A DNA stretch of 64,000 nt. Source: Terrimicrobiaceae bacterium (GTDB lineage: Bacteria > Verrucomicrobiota > Verrucomicrobiia > Chthoniobacterales > Terrimicrobiaceae). Position numbers and translations under genes: made by a program. The notes under the pieces are model-generated. The model saw only the letters and a program-made list of their open reading frames with translations, had not been told where the DNA came from and searched no databases. The stretch is taken from positions 32,001-96,000 of the forward strand of contig JBIIPZ010000002.1 in NCBI GenBank assembly GCA_044342325.1, in the 5' to 3' direction. Shown here piece after piece: positions 37,672-47,215 of this stretch; within the stretch, counting starts at the first letter, position 1, and each line of letters starts with the position of its first letter.

Positions 37672-37938
37672 ATGTCTAGAAAGTGCAGCATCACTGGGGC
37701 CAAGCCCGTTCGCGGATCCAAAATCCATCGTCGCGGTCTCGCGAAGAAAAAAGGCGGTATCGGCATGCACGTCACAGCCGTCACCCCTCGCTACTTCCAG
37801 CCGAATCTCAAAACCAAACGCGTCTGGGTTCCCGAACTCAAAAAGTTTGTGACCGTTAAAGCCACCGCGCGTGCCTTTAAGACGCTCTCGAAAAACGGGG
37901 CCTACAAAACCCTGGCTGCTGCCGGATTGGTCAAATAA
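37672..37938 (+). CDS. rpmB: 50S ribosomal protein L28
   Basis: MSRKCSITG..P..G....RRG.AKKKGGIG...T..T.R.F.PNL..KRVWVPE. Confidence 0.95.
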   Translation: MSRKCSITGAKPVRGSKIHRRGLAKKKGGIGMHVTAVTPRYFQPNLKTKRVWVPELKKFVTVKATARAFKTLSKNGAYKTLAAAGLVK

Positions 37939-37963
37939 TCCGCGCCTTCTGCGTTTTTCATCT

Positions 37964-38004
37964 TCTCTCCGTGAGGCACATCCTTGCGGAGAGATTTCTT
38001 TTTT
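37964..38004 (+). terminator. Intrinsic terminator of rpmB
   Basis: TCTCTCCGTGAGG-CACAT-CCTTGCGGAGAGA is a 13-bp stem with 2 G-U pairs, followed by TTTCTTTTTT. Confidence 0.8.
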
Positions 38005-38073
38005 AGGAAGCATGTTTCCGGAATTCGCATGATGGCAGGTGACAAATCCTCACTGCCCGTGCCATCTTCTGCC

Positions 38074-38862
38074 ATGCCTTTGCTGGAGGTTCAGAATCTA
38101 CGAACTTGGTTTCCCGTGCTGGGAGGGGTGATGCGACGCAAGGTCGGCGACATCCGGGCGGTGGATGATGTCTCATTCACTATCGAACCCGGTTGCACGG
38201 TCGGCTTGGTCGGTGAGAGCGGCAGCGGAAAAACCACGGTCGGCCGCACGATTCTCAAACTCATTTCCTCCACATCGGGCCGCGTTCTCTACAAGGGGCG
38301 CGATATCCTGCCTCTATCGGAGCGGGATTTTCGTCCGCTGCGCCGCGAGATGCAGATGATTTTTCAAGATCCCTTCGGGTCGCTTAATCCGCGATTCACG
38401 ATTGGCGAGATCGTGGGAGAGGCGCTGGAAATCCATTTTCCGAAAATGAACCGTTCCGACCGCGCCTCGCGCGTGGCCGATCTTCTGGGCTTGGTCGGCC
38501 TCAAGGCTGATATGATGCGGCGGTATCCGCACGAGTTCAGCGGCGGCCAGCGCCAGCGCATCGGTATCGCCAGAGCGCTTGCGGTGGAACCCCGCTTCAT
38601 CGTCTGCGACGAACCGGTGAGCGCGCTGGATGTGAGCGTGCAGGCCCAGATCGTGAATCTGCTGCAGGATCTGCAGGAGCAGTTCGGCATCGCCTACTTG
38701 TTCATCGCACACGACCTCGCCGTGGTGGAACACATCAGCGACCATGTGCTCGTCATGCACCATGGAAAAATTGTGGAGTCCGCAAGCGCCGAAGCAATCT
38801 ACAACGATCCTCAAAACGAATACACGAAGACCCTTCTCTCGGCTGTGCCGTCCATTGCCTGA
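38074..38862 (+). CDS. Oligopeptide/dipeptide-type ABC ATPase (OppF/DppF-like)
   Basis: [34 protein letters not shown] and IAHDL. The start could be 38029 or 38032. Confidence 0.92.
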   Translation: MPLLEVQNLRTWFPVLGGVMRRKVGDIRAVDDVSFTIEPGCTVGLVGESGSGKTTVGRTILKLISSTSGRVLYKGRDILPLSERDFRPLRREMQMIFQDPFGSLNPRFTIGEIVGEALEIHFPKMNRSDRASRVADLLGLVGLKADMMRRYPHEFSGGQRQRIGIARALAVEPRFIVCDEPVSALDVSVQAQIVNLLQDLQEQFGIAYLFIAHDLAVVEHISDHVLVMHHGKIVESASAEAIYNDPQNEYTKTLLSAVPSIA

Positions 38863-39962
38863 TGCATCCTCTGCTCCGACATTTTCTGCGAATGAACTGG
38901 CCGCTCTTCGGCCTGATGATGGGTCTCTTGGCTTACGGGATTTATGCCATCCACAGCGCGACATGGATGAGGGATCAGGATTTTGCCAAGTCACAGCTCA
39001 TCTGGATCGTGATTTGTATGCCCATGTTTTTTATCGTGTCCCTCATCGATTACCGCTGGGTGAGGTTCGGCGCCATCCCCCTCTATGTGGCGAGTATTCT
39101 TGGCCTCGTAGCCACTATGTTCATCGGCGAAAAACGCTACGGAGCCCGTAGCTGGCTCGATCTCGGTCCCATGAGCTTCCAGCCCTCACAGCTCGCGATC
39201 ATCGCTGGCATTCTCACTCTCAGCCTCTTTCTCTCAAATACACGGGCCATGCCGGCCTTCTTGCGTATCCTCTGCTGCGGAGCCATTGTCGGCGCGCCTT
39301 GGCTCATGATTCTCATCCAGCCGGACCTCGGATCCTGCATCGTCTGGGTGCCTGTCCTGCTGGCGATGATGTTCGTCGGGCACATCCCCAAACGCTGGCT
39401 AATTCTGATGCTCGTTATCGGGTTGGCGCTCATCCCACTCGTGGTTCATTTTGGCCTCAAACCTTACCAATACTCGCGCATCACAACATTTCTCGATCCC
39501 GAAGCTGACCCGCTCGGGGATGGATGGAACATCACGCAATCCCTCGTCGCAATTGGTTCCGGGGGTTGGGCGGGAAAAGGCTACAAATCGCCAAATTCCC
39601 TCAACGCCCTTGGCTTTCTGCCGCACACGATTGTTCACAATGATTTCATCTTTTCCGTCATGGGCGAGCAGCATGGATTCTTGGGTGGCGTTCTCCTTAT
39701 TTCCGCACTGGTGCTGCTTTTTCTCATCATGTTGGGAATAGCCATCAACGCAGAGGACGACCTCGGCCGCTTGCTTGCCGTGGGAATTACCATGCTGCTT
39801 TTCACGCATACTTTCATGAACCTCGGGATGACGATATCGCTCACCCCCATCACCGGATTGCCCCTTCCGCTCGTCAGCTACGGTGGATCGTTTGTCATGA
39901 TCACGCTTCTGAGTTTTGCCATCATTCAAAGCATCTGGATCTACCGCCGCTCTCCGCGATGA
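38862..39962 (+). CDS. rodA: SEDS family peptidoglycan polymerase RodA
   Basis: GARSW, FQPS, QPDLG, LKPYQ..RI..FLDP..DPLG.GWNI.QS..AIGSGG and PITGLPLPLVSYGGS. Confidence 0.88.
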   Translation: MHPLLRHFLRMNWPLFGLMMGLLAYGIYAIHSATWMRDQDFAKSQLIWIVICMPMFFIVSLIDYRWVRFGAIPLYVASILGLVATMFIGEKRYGARSWLDLGPMSFQPSQLAIIAGILTLSLFLSNTRAMPAFLRILCCGAIVGAPWLMILIQPDLGSCIVWVPVLLAMMFVGHIPKRWLILMLVIGLALIPLVVHFGLKPYQYSRITTFLDPEADPLGDGWNITQSLVAIGSGGWAGKGYKSPNSLNALGFLPHTIVHNDFIFSVMGEQHGFLGGVLLISALVLLFLIMLGIAINAEDDLGRLLAVGITMLLFTHTFMNLGMTISLTPITGLPLPLVSYGGSFVMITLLSFAIIQSIWIYRRSPR

Positions 39963-40021
39963 GTGGGGCGAGGGATTTGATTGTCCCTGGAGCGGGGAGC
40001 CTTTAATTCTAACAACAGAAA

Positions 40022-40996
40022 ATGAAAAAAATACTAGTCACAGGCGGCGCCGGCTACATCGGCAGCATCTGCGTGGAGGAACTCATCAACCGGGGATTCG
40101 AAGTCTCTGTTTTTGATAATCTCACCGAGGGGCATGCCAAAGCGGTGGATCCCAGAGCCGATTTTTACCAAGGCGATCTCGCCGACCGTTCGGTTCTACA
40201 GCATGCCTTCGGCGAGGTGAAACCCGACGCCGTGATGCACTTTGCCGCCAATGCCCTTGTTGGCGAGTCGATGGAAAATCCATCGAAGTATTTTCGCAAC
40301 AATGTGTCCTCTGGCATCAACCTCCTCGACATGGCGGTGGAGTTCGGGGTTAAAAAATTCGTCTTCTCCTCGACTTGCGCCACCTTCGGCATCCCCGAGC
40401 GCATGCCGATCGACGAGTCGCTGCCTCAGCGTCCGATCAACCCTTACGGTGAGTCCAAGCTCATGTTTGAGACGATCCTTCGCTGGTATCGCGAAATCCA
40501 TAAGCTCTCGTTTGTGGCCCTGCGCTATTTCAACGCGGCCGGCGCCTCCGAAAAGTTTGGCGAAGACCATCGCATCGAGACGCACCTCATCCCCAACATT
40601 CTCAAAGTCGCCCTCGGCCAGCGCGAGTCGGTGGATATTTTTGGCACCGATTACCCAACGCCGGACGGCACTTGCATCCGCGACTACATTCACATCCTCG
40701 ACCTCGCTGAGGCGCACATCCTCGCGGTGCAGTCGGATAAAAGTGATTTTTACAATCTCGGCACAGGCGGAGGCACCTCGGTCCGCGAGGTCATCGAAAC
40801 CTGCAAAAAAATTACCGGCCGTGACATCAAGGCCGTGGAAAAACCTCGCCGTGCCGGCGATCCGCCCCGCCTCATCGCCGCCTCGGAAAAAATCCGCGCC
40901 GAACTCGGCTGGACTCCGCGTTTCCAAAATATCGTGCCCATCGTGGAAAGCGCCTGGGCTTGGCATGTGAAACACCCGAATGGCTACGGCGACTAA
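40022..40996 (+). CDS. galE: UDP-glucose 4-epimerase
   Basis: TGGAGYIGS, HFAA...VGES, PYGESK, LRYFNAAGA and DGTCIRDYIH. Confidence 0.96.
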   Translation: MKKILVTGGAGYIGSICVEELINRGFEVSVFDNLTEGHAKAVDPRADFYQGDLADRSVLQHAFGEVKPDAVMHFAANALVGESMENPSKYFRNNVSSGINLLDMAVEFGVKKFVFSSTCATFGIPERMPIDESLPQRPINPYGESKLMFETILRWYREIHKLSFVALRYFNAAGASEKFGEDHRIETHLIPNILKVALGQRESVDIFGTDYPTPDGTCIRDYIHILDLAEAHILAVQSDKSDFYNLGTGGGTSVREVIETCKKITGRDIKAVEKPRRAGDPPRLIAASEKIRAELGWTPRFQNIVPIVESAWAWHVKHPNGYGD

Positions 40997-41043
40997 CTCC
41001 GCCCTTGATATCACCGAAGCGGATATTTAGTGTCGCCTCCCCA

Positions 41044-43347
41044 ATGAGGAAGTTCCTTCTCAGTCTTTGTCTGCTGGCTGCGCTTACCCCCGTTCGTGCC
41101 CAATTCGGCAGCTTCGGCGACTCGCCCGTGGAGATCACGGCGGATGGTAATACGCGCTTCGACCAAGGCGTGGCCATCGCGGAGGACAACGTCCAGATTC
41201 ACTACGGGAAATATAGCATCTTCTGCGACTATGCGGAATACAACCCCGACACACGCGATGTCCTGCTGGTCGGAAATATCCGCGTTTACACTCCCGATCA
41301 GGTGCTCAGCGGTCAGCGCGCCTTGTTTAACCTCGAGAGCAAGCAAATGCGCGCCCTCGAGTTCACCGGTTCCCAATACCCAGTGTATTTCAGGGCTTTC
41401 AATTTTCGGGCTGTCTCACCCAAGGAATTCCGGATTCGAGACGCCTCTGTGACCACGCATGACTCGTCACAACCCGATTTTCATGTCCGTCCCCGCTCGA
41501 TGCGATTCTACCCCGACAGTCGCGTCATCATGACAAATTCTACCCTCTATGTCGGCCAGACGCCGATTTTCTGGTTCCCCTACATCTACGCTAATCTCGA
41601 CAGCACAGGCTTTGAAATCCTGCCTGGATACGATTCACGCTGGGGTGCTTATTTGCTTTTGGGTTATGGTTTTCCCATTGTGCCGGGCATTGATGGCAAA
41701 GTCCGCTTCGAGGAGCGCACAGAGTTCGGGCCTTCCGCTGGACTCGACCTCGACATGCAGTATGGTCCGGCAAATCGAAACTTCGGAAAGCTGCGCAGTG
41801 ACTATGTTTTTGAGACGCAGAATGTGACTTCCGTGGAGGCCCCTGGCGAACCGGCGGAAACCAAGACCACGAACCGCTACCGCGTCGCCTTCCAGCAACG
41901 GCTTTTCCTTGCCGATGATATCTACGGAACGGCTGACATCAATGTGCTGAGCGATGTCGATTTTTTGGAGGACTTCTACCGCAAAGAATTCGCCACCGAC
42001 CCCCAGCCCGACAATTCCCTCTCGCTGACGAAATGGGATGAAGTTTACACGCTTACGCTGCTCGGCCGCTGGCAGGTGAACGATTTCCAAGATGTGACCG
42101 AGCGCAAGCCCGAGTTTGTTTTTGATTTCAAACAGCAGCCCTTCTTCGGCCTCCCCGTGCAGTATGACGGCGAGACCGGCGTAGCCTCGCTGCGGCGCGC
42201 GTTTTCCAATAATCCTTCCTTTGGAGAAACAGAATTTCCCGACTACTCAGCCACGCGCTTCGATACATTTCACCAATGGTCGCTCCCCTCGAATTTGCTT
42301 GGCTGGCTCACTGTCACCCCGAAAATCGGTATCCGAGGCACCTACTACAGCCAGAGCGGATCGTTCGCCAGCCCATCCACCGGAAATACGGCGATTGATC
42401 CCATCACGGGTGAAGTCACAACCCTGGAAGAAACCGACAACAGCAATCCGCTCAACAATCCCTCGCCGACACTGGAAAACAAGGGCGGCGTCTTTCGTCC
42501 CATCGCGAACTACGGGCTCACCGTTTCCACAAAAATGTCCCGCGCCTTCGAGCAGGTGCAAAGCCGCTGGCTTGGCCTCGATGGCTTGAGGCATGTGGTC
42601 GAGCCTTATTTGAACTACTCGGGCGTTTACAATATGGGCGAAAGCCCTGAAGACATCTATCAGTTCGACCGCGTCGTGCAGTCCACGCAGCTCCTGCCAA
42701 TTGATTTTCCGCAATTCACCGCCATCGACTCGCTGGATACTTGGAACATCACACGACTTGGTGTTGGCCAGCGCCTGCAGACACGGCGCAACAACGCAAC
42801 CTATCAGTGGTTTTCGCTAAATTCGTTTGTTGATGTTAATTTTGACAATCCTTACTCGGATGCGCCGATCTCGAACTTCTTCAATGTCGTTCAATTCAAT
42901 CCCGTTCCTTGGAGCGCCCTCTCCGTGGCGTCTCAGATTCCGATGGTTACGGAAGGTTTCACCGAGGTGAATACGAACCTGAGTTTCATGCCGGCGCGCG
43001 ATGTCCGCTTTTCAATCGGCCACCGTTACATCGATGGAAATCCGAATTTCACAGACAACAGCCAACTCGACTTCTACGCCTACTGGCGCATCAATGACAA
43101 CTGGAGCGTGAGCCTTTACGAGCAATACGAATTCGAATCGCAGGTCATGCAATACCAGCGCTATTTCATCAATCGCGACCTCACAAGTTGGGTGGCCTCC
43201 ATCGGCGCTGAGGTGCGTGACAATGAAGGCGGCGATCAAGAAGTCGGTTTTCTTTTAATGATGACGCTGAAGGACGCGCCGCAGATCAGTCTGCCCTTCG
43301 GCTTCAGCCCTGGCCCGACGGACCAGCCGGCTGGCGCGGTCAATTGA
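41044..43347 (+). CDS. lptD: LPS-assembly protein LptD
   Basis: Signal peptide, N-terminal OstA-like jellyroll, 'PIFWFPY', 'SD.DFL.DF', 'RHVVEP' and an aromatic-rich beta-barrel C-terminus. Confidence 0.8.
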   Translation: MRKFLLSLCLLAALTPVRAQFGSFGDSPVEITADGNTRFDQGVAIAEDNVQIHYGKYSIFCDYAEYNPDTRDVLLVGNIRVYTPDQVLSGQRALFNLESKQMRALEFTGSQYPVYFRAFNFRAVSPKEFRIRDASVTTHDSSQPDFHVRPRSMRFYPDSRVIMTNSTLYVGQTPIFWFPYIYANLDSTGFEILPGYDSRWGAYLLLGYGFPIVPGIDGKVRFEERTEFGPSAGLDLDMQYGPANRNFGKLRSDYVFETQNVTSVEAPGEPAETKTTNRYRVAFQQRLFLADDIYGTADINVLSDVDFLEDFYRKEFATDPQPDNSLSLTKWDEVYTLTLLGRWQVNDFQDVTERKPEFVFDFKQQPFFGLPVQYDGETGVASLRRAFSNNPSFGETEFPDYSATRFDTFHQWSLPSNLLGWLTVTPKIGIRGTYYSQSGSFASPSTGNTAIDPITGEVTTLEETDNSNPLNNPSPTLENKGGVFRPIANYGLTVSTKMSRAFEQVQSRWLGLDGLRHVVEPYLNYSGVYNMGESPEDIYQFDRVVQSTQLLPIDFPQFTAIDSLDTWNITRLGVGQRLQTRRNNATYQWFSLNSFVDVNFDNPYSDAPISNFFNVVQFNPVPWSALSVASQIPMVTEGFTEVNTNLSFMPARDVRFSIGHRYIDGNPNFTDNSQLDFYAYWRINDNWSVSLYEQYEFESQVMQYQRYFINRDLTSWVASIGAEVRDNEGGDQEVGFLLMMTLKDAPQISLPFGFSPGPTDQPAGAVN

Positions 43348-43371
43348 TTTTCAATACATAAACAATAACAC

Positions 43372-44676
43372 ATGAAACTCTGCATTATTGGTTCAGGATA
43401 CGTCGGATTGGTCTCAGGTGCCTGCTTCGCTGAAGTGGGCCATACGGTCACTTGCGTGGACAACAATGAGAAAAAAGTCCAGCAACTGCTCGCCGGAAAA
43501 GTTCCAATCTACGAGCCCGGCCTCGAAGAGTTGATCCACCGCAATGTGGCCGCGAAGCGTCTCAATTTCACTACGAGCACCGAGGAGGGCGTGGATAACT
43601 CCGATGTGGTGTTCATCGCTGTTCCCACACCGCCGCAAGCCGATGGCAGCGTTGATCTGTCCTACATCGAGAAGGTGGCCCGCGAGATCGCCGCTGTCCT
43701 GAAGCAGGGCCAATACCGTGTCATCGTGGACAAGAGCACCGTCCCGGTCAAAACCGGCGAGAAAGTTGCCGACACGATCCGCCGCTACAACAAAACCGGC
43801 GCCGAGTTTGATGTGGTAAGCAATCCCGAGTTCCTGCGCGAAGGCTGCGCCGTGCCCGATCTCATGAAGCCCGACCGCATCGTTATTGGCGGCAACAGCG
43901 AGCGCGCCGTTGCCATGATGCAGAAAATCTACGAGCCATTCATGGCCCCCGTGCTTGTGACGGATATCAACTCCGCCGAGTTGATCAAACATGCCGCGAA
44001 CTCCTTCCTTGCGCTCAAAATCTCCTACATCAACGCCGTGGCCCGCATTTGTGAAGCCAGCGGAGCGGATGTCGAGAAAGTTGCCGATGGCATCGGTATG
44101 GACCGCCGCATCGGCCGCAACTTCCTCAACGCCGGCATCGGCTACGGGGGATCCTGCTTTCCGAAAGACATCGCCGCTTTCATCGCCATTAGCGAAGATC
44201 TGGGCGTCCCGTTCACGCTCCTCAAAGAGGTCGAAAAAATCAACTTCAGCCAACGCGAGCGCTTCCTCGACAAGATTCGCGAAGCCCTCTGGGTTCTGAA
44301 GGATAAAAAAATCGCCGTCTGGGGACTCACCTTCAAACCAGACACCGACGATGTGCGCTCCTCTGTGGCGATCGATGTCGTGCGCGACCTGGTCTCAGAG
44401 GGAGCTGAAGTCACGGTTTACGATCCGAAGGGCACCGAAAAAGCCCTTGAGTTCAAACTTATCGACGGAGCCCGCGTGGCGAATTCACCGCTCGAAGCCG
44501 CTACGGGAGCCGAGGCGCTCATTATCGCCACCGAGTGGAAGGAATTCACCAAGGTCGATCTCTCCGAGCTCAGCAAGGTCATGCACACGCCGCTCATCTT
44601 CGACGGACGCAATATCCTTGCTCCTGAGACCGTTCGCGCCGCTGGCTTCAGCTACACCAGCATCGGCCGCAGCTAG
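43372..44676 (+). CDS. ugd: UDP-glucose 6-dehydrogenase
   Basis: IGSGYVGL, IAVPTP, KSTVP, SNPEFLREG, GYGGSCFPKD and FKPDTDD.R. Confidence 0.96.
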   Translation: MKLCIIGSGYVGLVSGACFAEVGHTVTCVDNNEKKVQQLLAGKVPIYEPGLEELIHRNVAAKRLNFTTSTEEGVDNSDVVFIAVPTPPQADGSVDLSYIEKVAREIAAVLKQGQYRVIVDKSTVPVKTGEKVADTIRRYNKTGAEFDVVSNPEFLREGCAVPDLMKPDRIVIGGNSERAVAMMQKIYEPFMAPVLVTDINSAELIKHAANSFLALKISYINAVARICEASGADVEKVADGIGMDRRIGRNFLNAGIGYGGSCFPKDIAAFIAISEDLGVPFTLLKEVEKINFSQRERFLDKIREALWVLKDKKIAVWGLTFKPDTDDVRSSVAIDVVRDLVSEGAEVTVYDPKGTEKALEFKLIDGARVANSPLEAATGAEALIIATEWKEFTKVDLSELSKVMHTPLIFDGRNILAPETVRAAGFSYTSIGRS

Positions 44677-45245
44677 AAAGATCCGTCCATAAACCTTTCC
44701 AGCTTGGAGCGCAACTCCTCGCGGGCACGAAAGAGCAGGCTTTTTACGGAGGGAACCGTCGTTTCCAAAACGGCGGCGATCTCCTCGTAGGCCATCTCTT
44801 CATAGCGGCGAAGAATCAAAGCCAGTCGTTGCTGCTCGGGCAATGAGGCGATCGCCATTTCGATGGCGTCCTGCAATTCCTTTTCCTGAAGCTTATGTCC
44901 AGGTTCCACGGAACCAACATCGTGAATCTCGCGCGGGGTTCCATCTTCGTGCTCCAACGGAAGAAGCCGTGCTCGGCTGCGCCGCCGCGTTTCGTTGAAG
45001 ACCAGATTGCGGGTTATCGTCAGCAACCAGGTAGTAAACTTCGCGGTGACCGTGTAACGCGGAGCAGCCTGCCAGACGCGGATAAAAATCTGCTGCGCCA
45101 AATCCTCGGCTGCACTGGCATCCCCAAGCATCTTGGCAATCGTGCCGATAACCAGCGATTGATGCTGCTCGATCAGTTCCTCAAAAGCGCGTTCATCCCC
45201 CGCTGCTGTGCGCTGCATGAGTTCGGCATCTTCGGGCGGCATCAC
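44673..45245 (-). CDS. ECF-type sigma-70 factor
   Basis: GDERAFEEL, AEDLAQQIFIRVW, KFTTWL..I.RN and LPEQQR...L...E.M.YEEIA.VL.....VKS.L.RAR. Confidence 0.94.
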   Translation of the reverse strand: MMPPEDAELMQRTAAGDERAFEELIEQHQSLVIGTIAKMLGDASAAEDLAQQIFIRVWQAAPRYTVTAKFTTWLLTITRNLVFNETRRRSRARLLPLEHEDGTPREIHDVGSVEPGHKLQEKELQDAIEMAIASLPEQQRLALILRRYEEMAYEEIAAVLETTVPSVKSLLFRAREELRSKLERFMDGSF

Positions 45246-46081
45246 ACAAGGTGTCCGCGTTCCGTGAGAAGTCGTGCGCGGAAGGTTTGAAAAGATTCAC
45301 CGAACTCGCTGCGGATCCACTCTTCGATCCCCTCGGCAGAATCCCGGAGAATGGCAAAAATCGTCGACCCCGAGCCGGACATCATGGCGGCGGAAACCGC
45401 CGGATGCGCGCGCAGGGCCGATTTCAGAACGGGCAGGAGGAGATATTTGGAGAAAACAGGAGCCTCGAGATCGTTCACTAAGGAAATGGAACCATGAAAC
45501 TGCTGAAAAGTTGCTAAGGGTTTTTCCGAGTTGGCCCAAGCCTGATACGCCCACGGGGTGGGAATCGGAAACGGCGGCTTCACCAGCAGGATGTCTCCGG
45601 CAGGCAATCCCTCGAAAGGCTCGATGATTTCGCCCCGGCCACTGCAGATTGCTGGCTGACAGCGAATGAAAAACGGGATGTCCGATCCCAACGTTGCGGC
45701 AACGCGCTCGAGTTCCTTCGGCAGGATTTTTGTCGTGAGCAGACGGTTGAGCGCCACAAGCACCGCCGCCGCGTCACTGCTGCCACCGCCAAGCCCGGCT
45801 CCATGGGGGATTTTTTTTTCGATATGGATATCGACGCCGAACTTCATCCCTGTGTGCTTGGCAAAAGCCGCAGCTGCTCGGTGGCCGAGGTTTGAGGCGT
45901 CGGATGGCACGCTCGGATCGCTGCATGTGAGGCGAATGCTTTGGTCTATCCGCAAGTTGATCTCCAGCCGATCAGCCAGAGTGATTGGCACCATGAGAGT
46001 TTCGATCTCGTGGAATCCATCAACGCGTCGCCCCAGCACGCGGAGCGTGAGGTTGACTTTGGCTGGGGCGTCAATTGTCAT
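45242..46081 (-). CDS. ispE: 4-diphosphocytidyl-2-C-methyl-D-erythritol kinase
   Basis: APAKVNL.L....R.DGFHEI, KKIPHGAGLGGGSSDAA, LGSDIPFF and MSGSGS. Confidence 0.97.
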   Translation of the reverse strand: MTIDAPAKVNLTLRVLGRRVDGFHEIETLMVPITLADRLEINLRIDQSIRLTCSDPSVPSDASNLGHRAAAAFAKHTGMKFGVDIHIEKKIPHGAGLGGGSSDAAAVLVALNRLLTTKILPKELERVAATLGSDIPFFIRCQPAICSGRGEIIEPFEGLPAGDILLVKPPFPIPTPWAYQAWANSEKPLATFQQFHGSISLVNDLEAPVFSKYLLLPVLKSALRAHPAVSAAMMSGSGSTIFAILRDSAEGIEEWIRSEFGESFQTFRARLLTERGHLV

Positions 46082-46101
46082 GCGCGTTCAACTATCCGCG
46101 A

Positions 46102-46806
46102 ATGACCGCATCCGCCAAAGAAAAAATCATCGTTGCCGTGGATGCGCCCGACGCATCTTCGGCTCTCCGCCTTGTCGAACCCCTCGTTAGCGAGGGCTGC
46201 CTTTTCAAAATCGGCCTCCAGCTTTTCACAGCTGAGGGACCCTCGATTGTCTCGAAGCTTCAATCCACCGGCGCGCGGATTTTTCTCGATCTCAAATTTC
46301 ACGACATTCCCAACACCGCCCGCGAGGCCGTGCATTCCGCCGTTCGCTTGGGTGTGGATATGACGACCATTCACCTCTGCGGCGGTCCGCAGATGGTTTC
46401 CGAGTCCGTTGCGGCGGCAAAAGAATCGAAAACGCTCGTCCTCGGCGTTAGTGTGCTCACCAGTATGGATGACGAGGCCCTGCGTGCTGTCGGCGTGCCG
46501 CATAGCGCAGAGGAGCAGGTCCTGCACCTTGCGGAAATGGGTCTGCAATGCGGCCTGCGCGGTATCGTGGCAAGCCCCCGTGAAATCCGCCCGCTGCGTG
46601 AAAAGTTCGGCAGCAGTTTCGTTATCGTCACTCCCGGCGTTCGCCCAGCGGGAAGCGATGTTGGCGACCAAAAGCGCATCATGACTCCGGGTGATGCCGT
46701 GCGCGCTGGAGCGGACTATCTGGTCATTGGACGCCCGATCACCGGCGCTCCATCGCCTCTGGAGTCACTCCGCGCTATTGCCGCCGAAATGCAGGCAGCA
46801 CTCTGA
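46102..46806 (+). CDS. pyrF: Orotidine-5'-phosphate decarboxylase
   Basis: IVAVD, FKIG, FLDLKFHDIPNT, VLTS, TPGVRP, DQKR and VIGRPI. Confidence 0.97.
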   Translation: MTASAKEKIIVAVDAPDASSALRLVEPLVSEGCLFKIGLQLFTAEGPSIVSKLQSTGARIFLDLKFHDIPNTAREAVHSAVRLGVDMTTIHLCGGPQMVSESVAAAKESKTLVLGVSVLTSMDDEALRAVGVPHSAEEQVLHLAEMGLQCGLRGIVASPREIRPLREKFGSSFVIVTPGVRPAGSDVGDQKRIMTPGDAVRAGADYLVIGRPITGAPSPLESLRAIAAEMQAAL

Positions 46807-46810
46807 GGGC

Positions 46811-47173
46811 TCAGGGTTGCTTGGGATGGTTGAAATGAACGCGGTGTAAAATCCGGTGCACGACCGGCGTGGCGAGGAGGCCGACAGTCAACACCACCAC
46901 AAGCGTTCCGAAGAGACAGTAAAGGGAGGAGAAAATCTTCAGCGCATTGGAGGAGTCACGCTCGGTGTAGAGCGGGCCCGCACCGCTCAATAGCATGCAG
47001 CTCTCAAGAAAAGCATCCACCCAGTTGAGGTGGCCAATGAGCATGTAGCCCGCCATCCCTACGCACAGGGCGAATAAAACCATCAACAGACCAAGCAGAA
47101 ATTGCTGAAAAACCCGGCCCGCAAAAACACGCCCGGACGCCAGTGGTTCCGTATGGTGTTCCCAGAACATCAT
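46811..47173 (-). CDS. Small membrane protein with a K+-channel-like TM-pore-TM layout
   Basis: TM1, 'GY....L.WVDAF', pore-like 'LLSGAGP', then 'KIF' and TM2. Confidence 0.6.
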   Translation of the reverse strand: MMFWEHHTEPLASGRVFAGRVFQQFLLGLLMVLFALCVGMAGYMLIGHLNWVDAFLESCMLLSGAGPLYTERDSSNALKIFSSLYCLFGTLVVVLTVGLLATPVVHRILHRVHFNHPKQP

Positions 47174-47215
47174 ACTTCTCTGTGGCCCCGTTTCGGTCTT
47201 CCGTCAAATGGCGAC

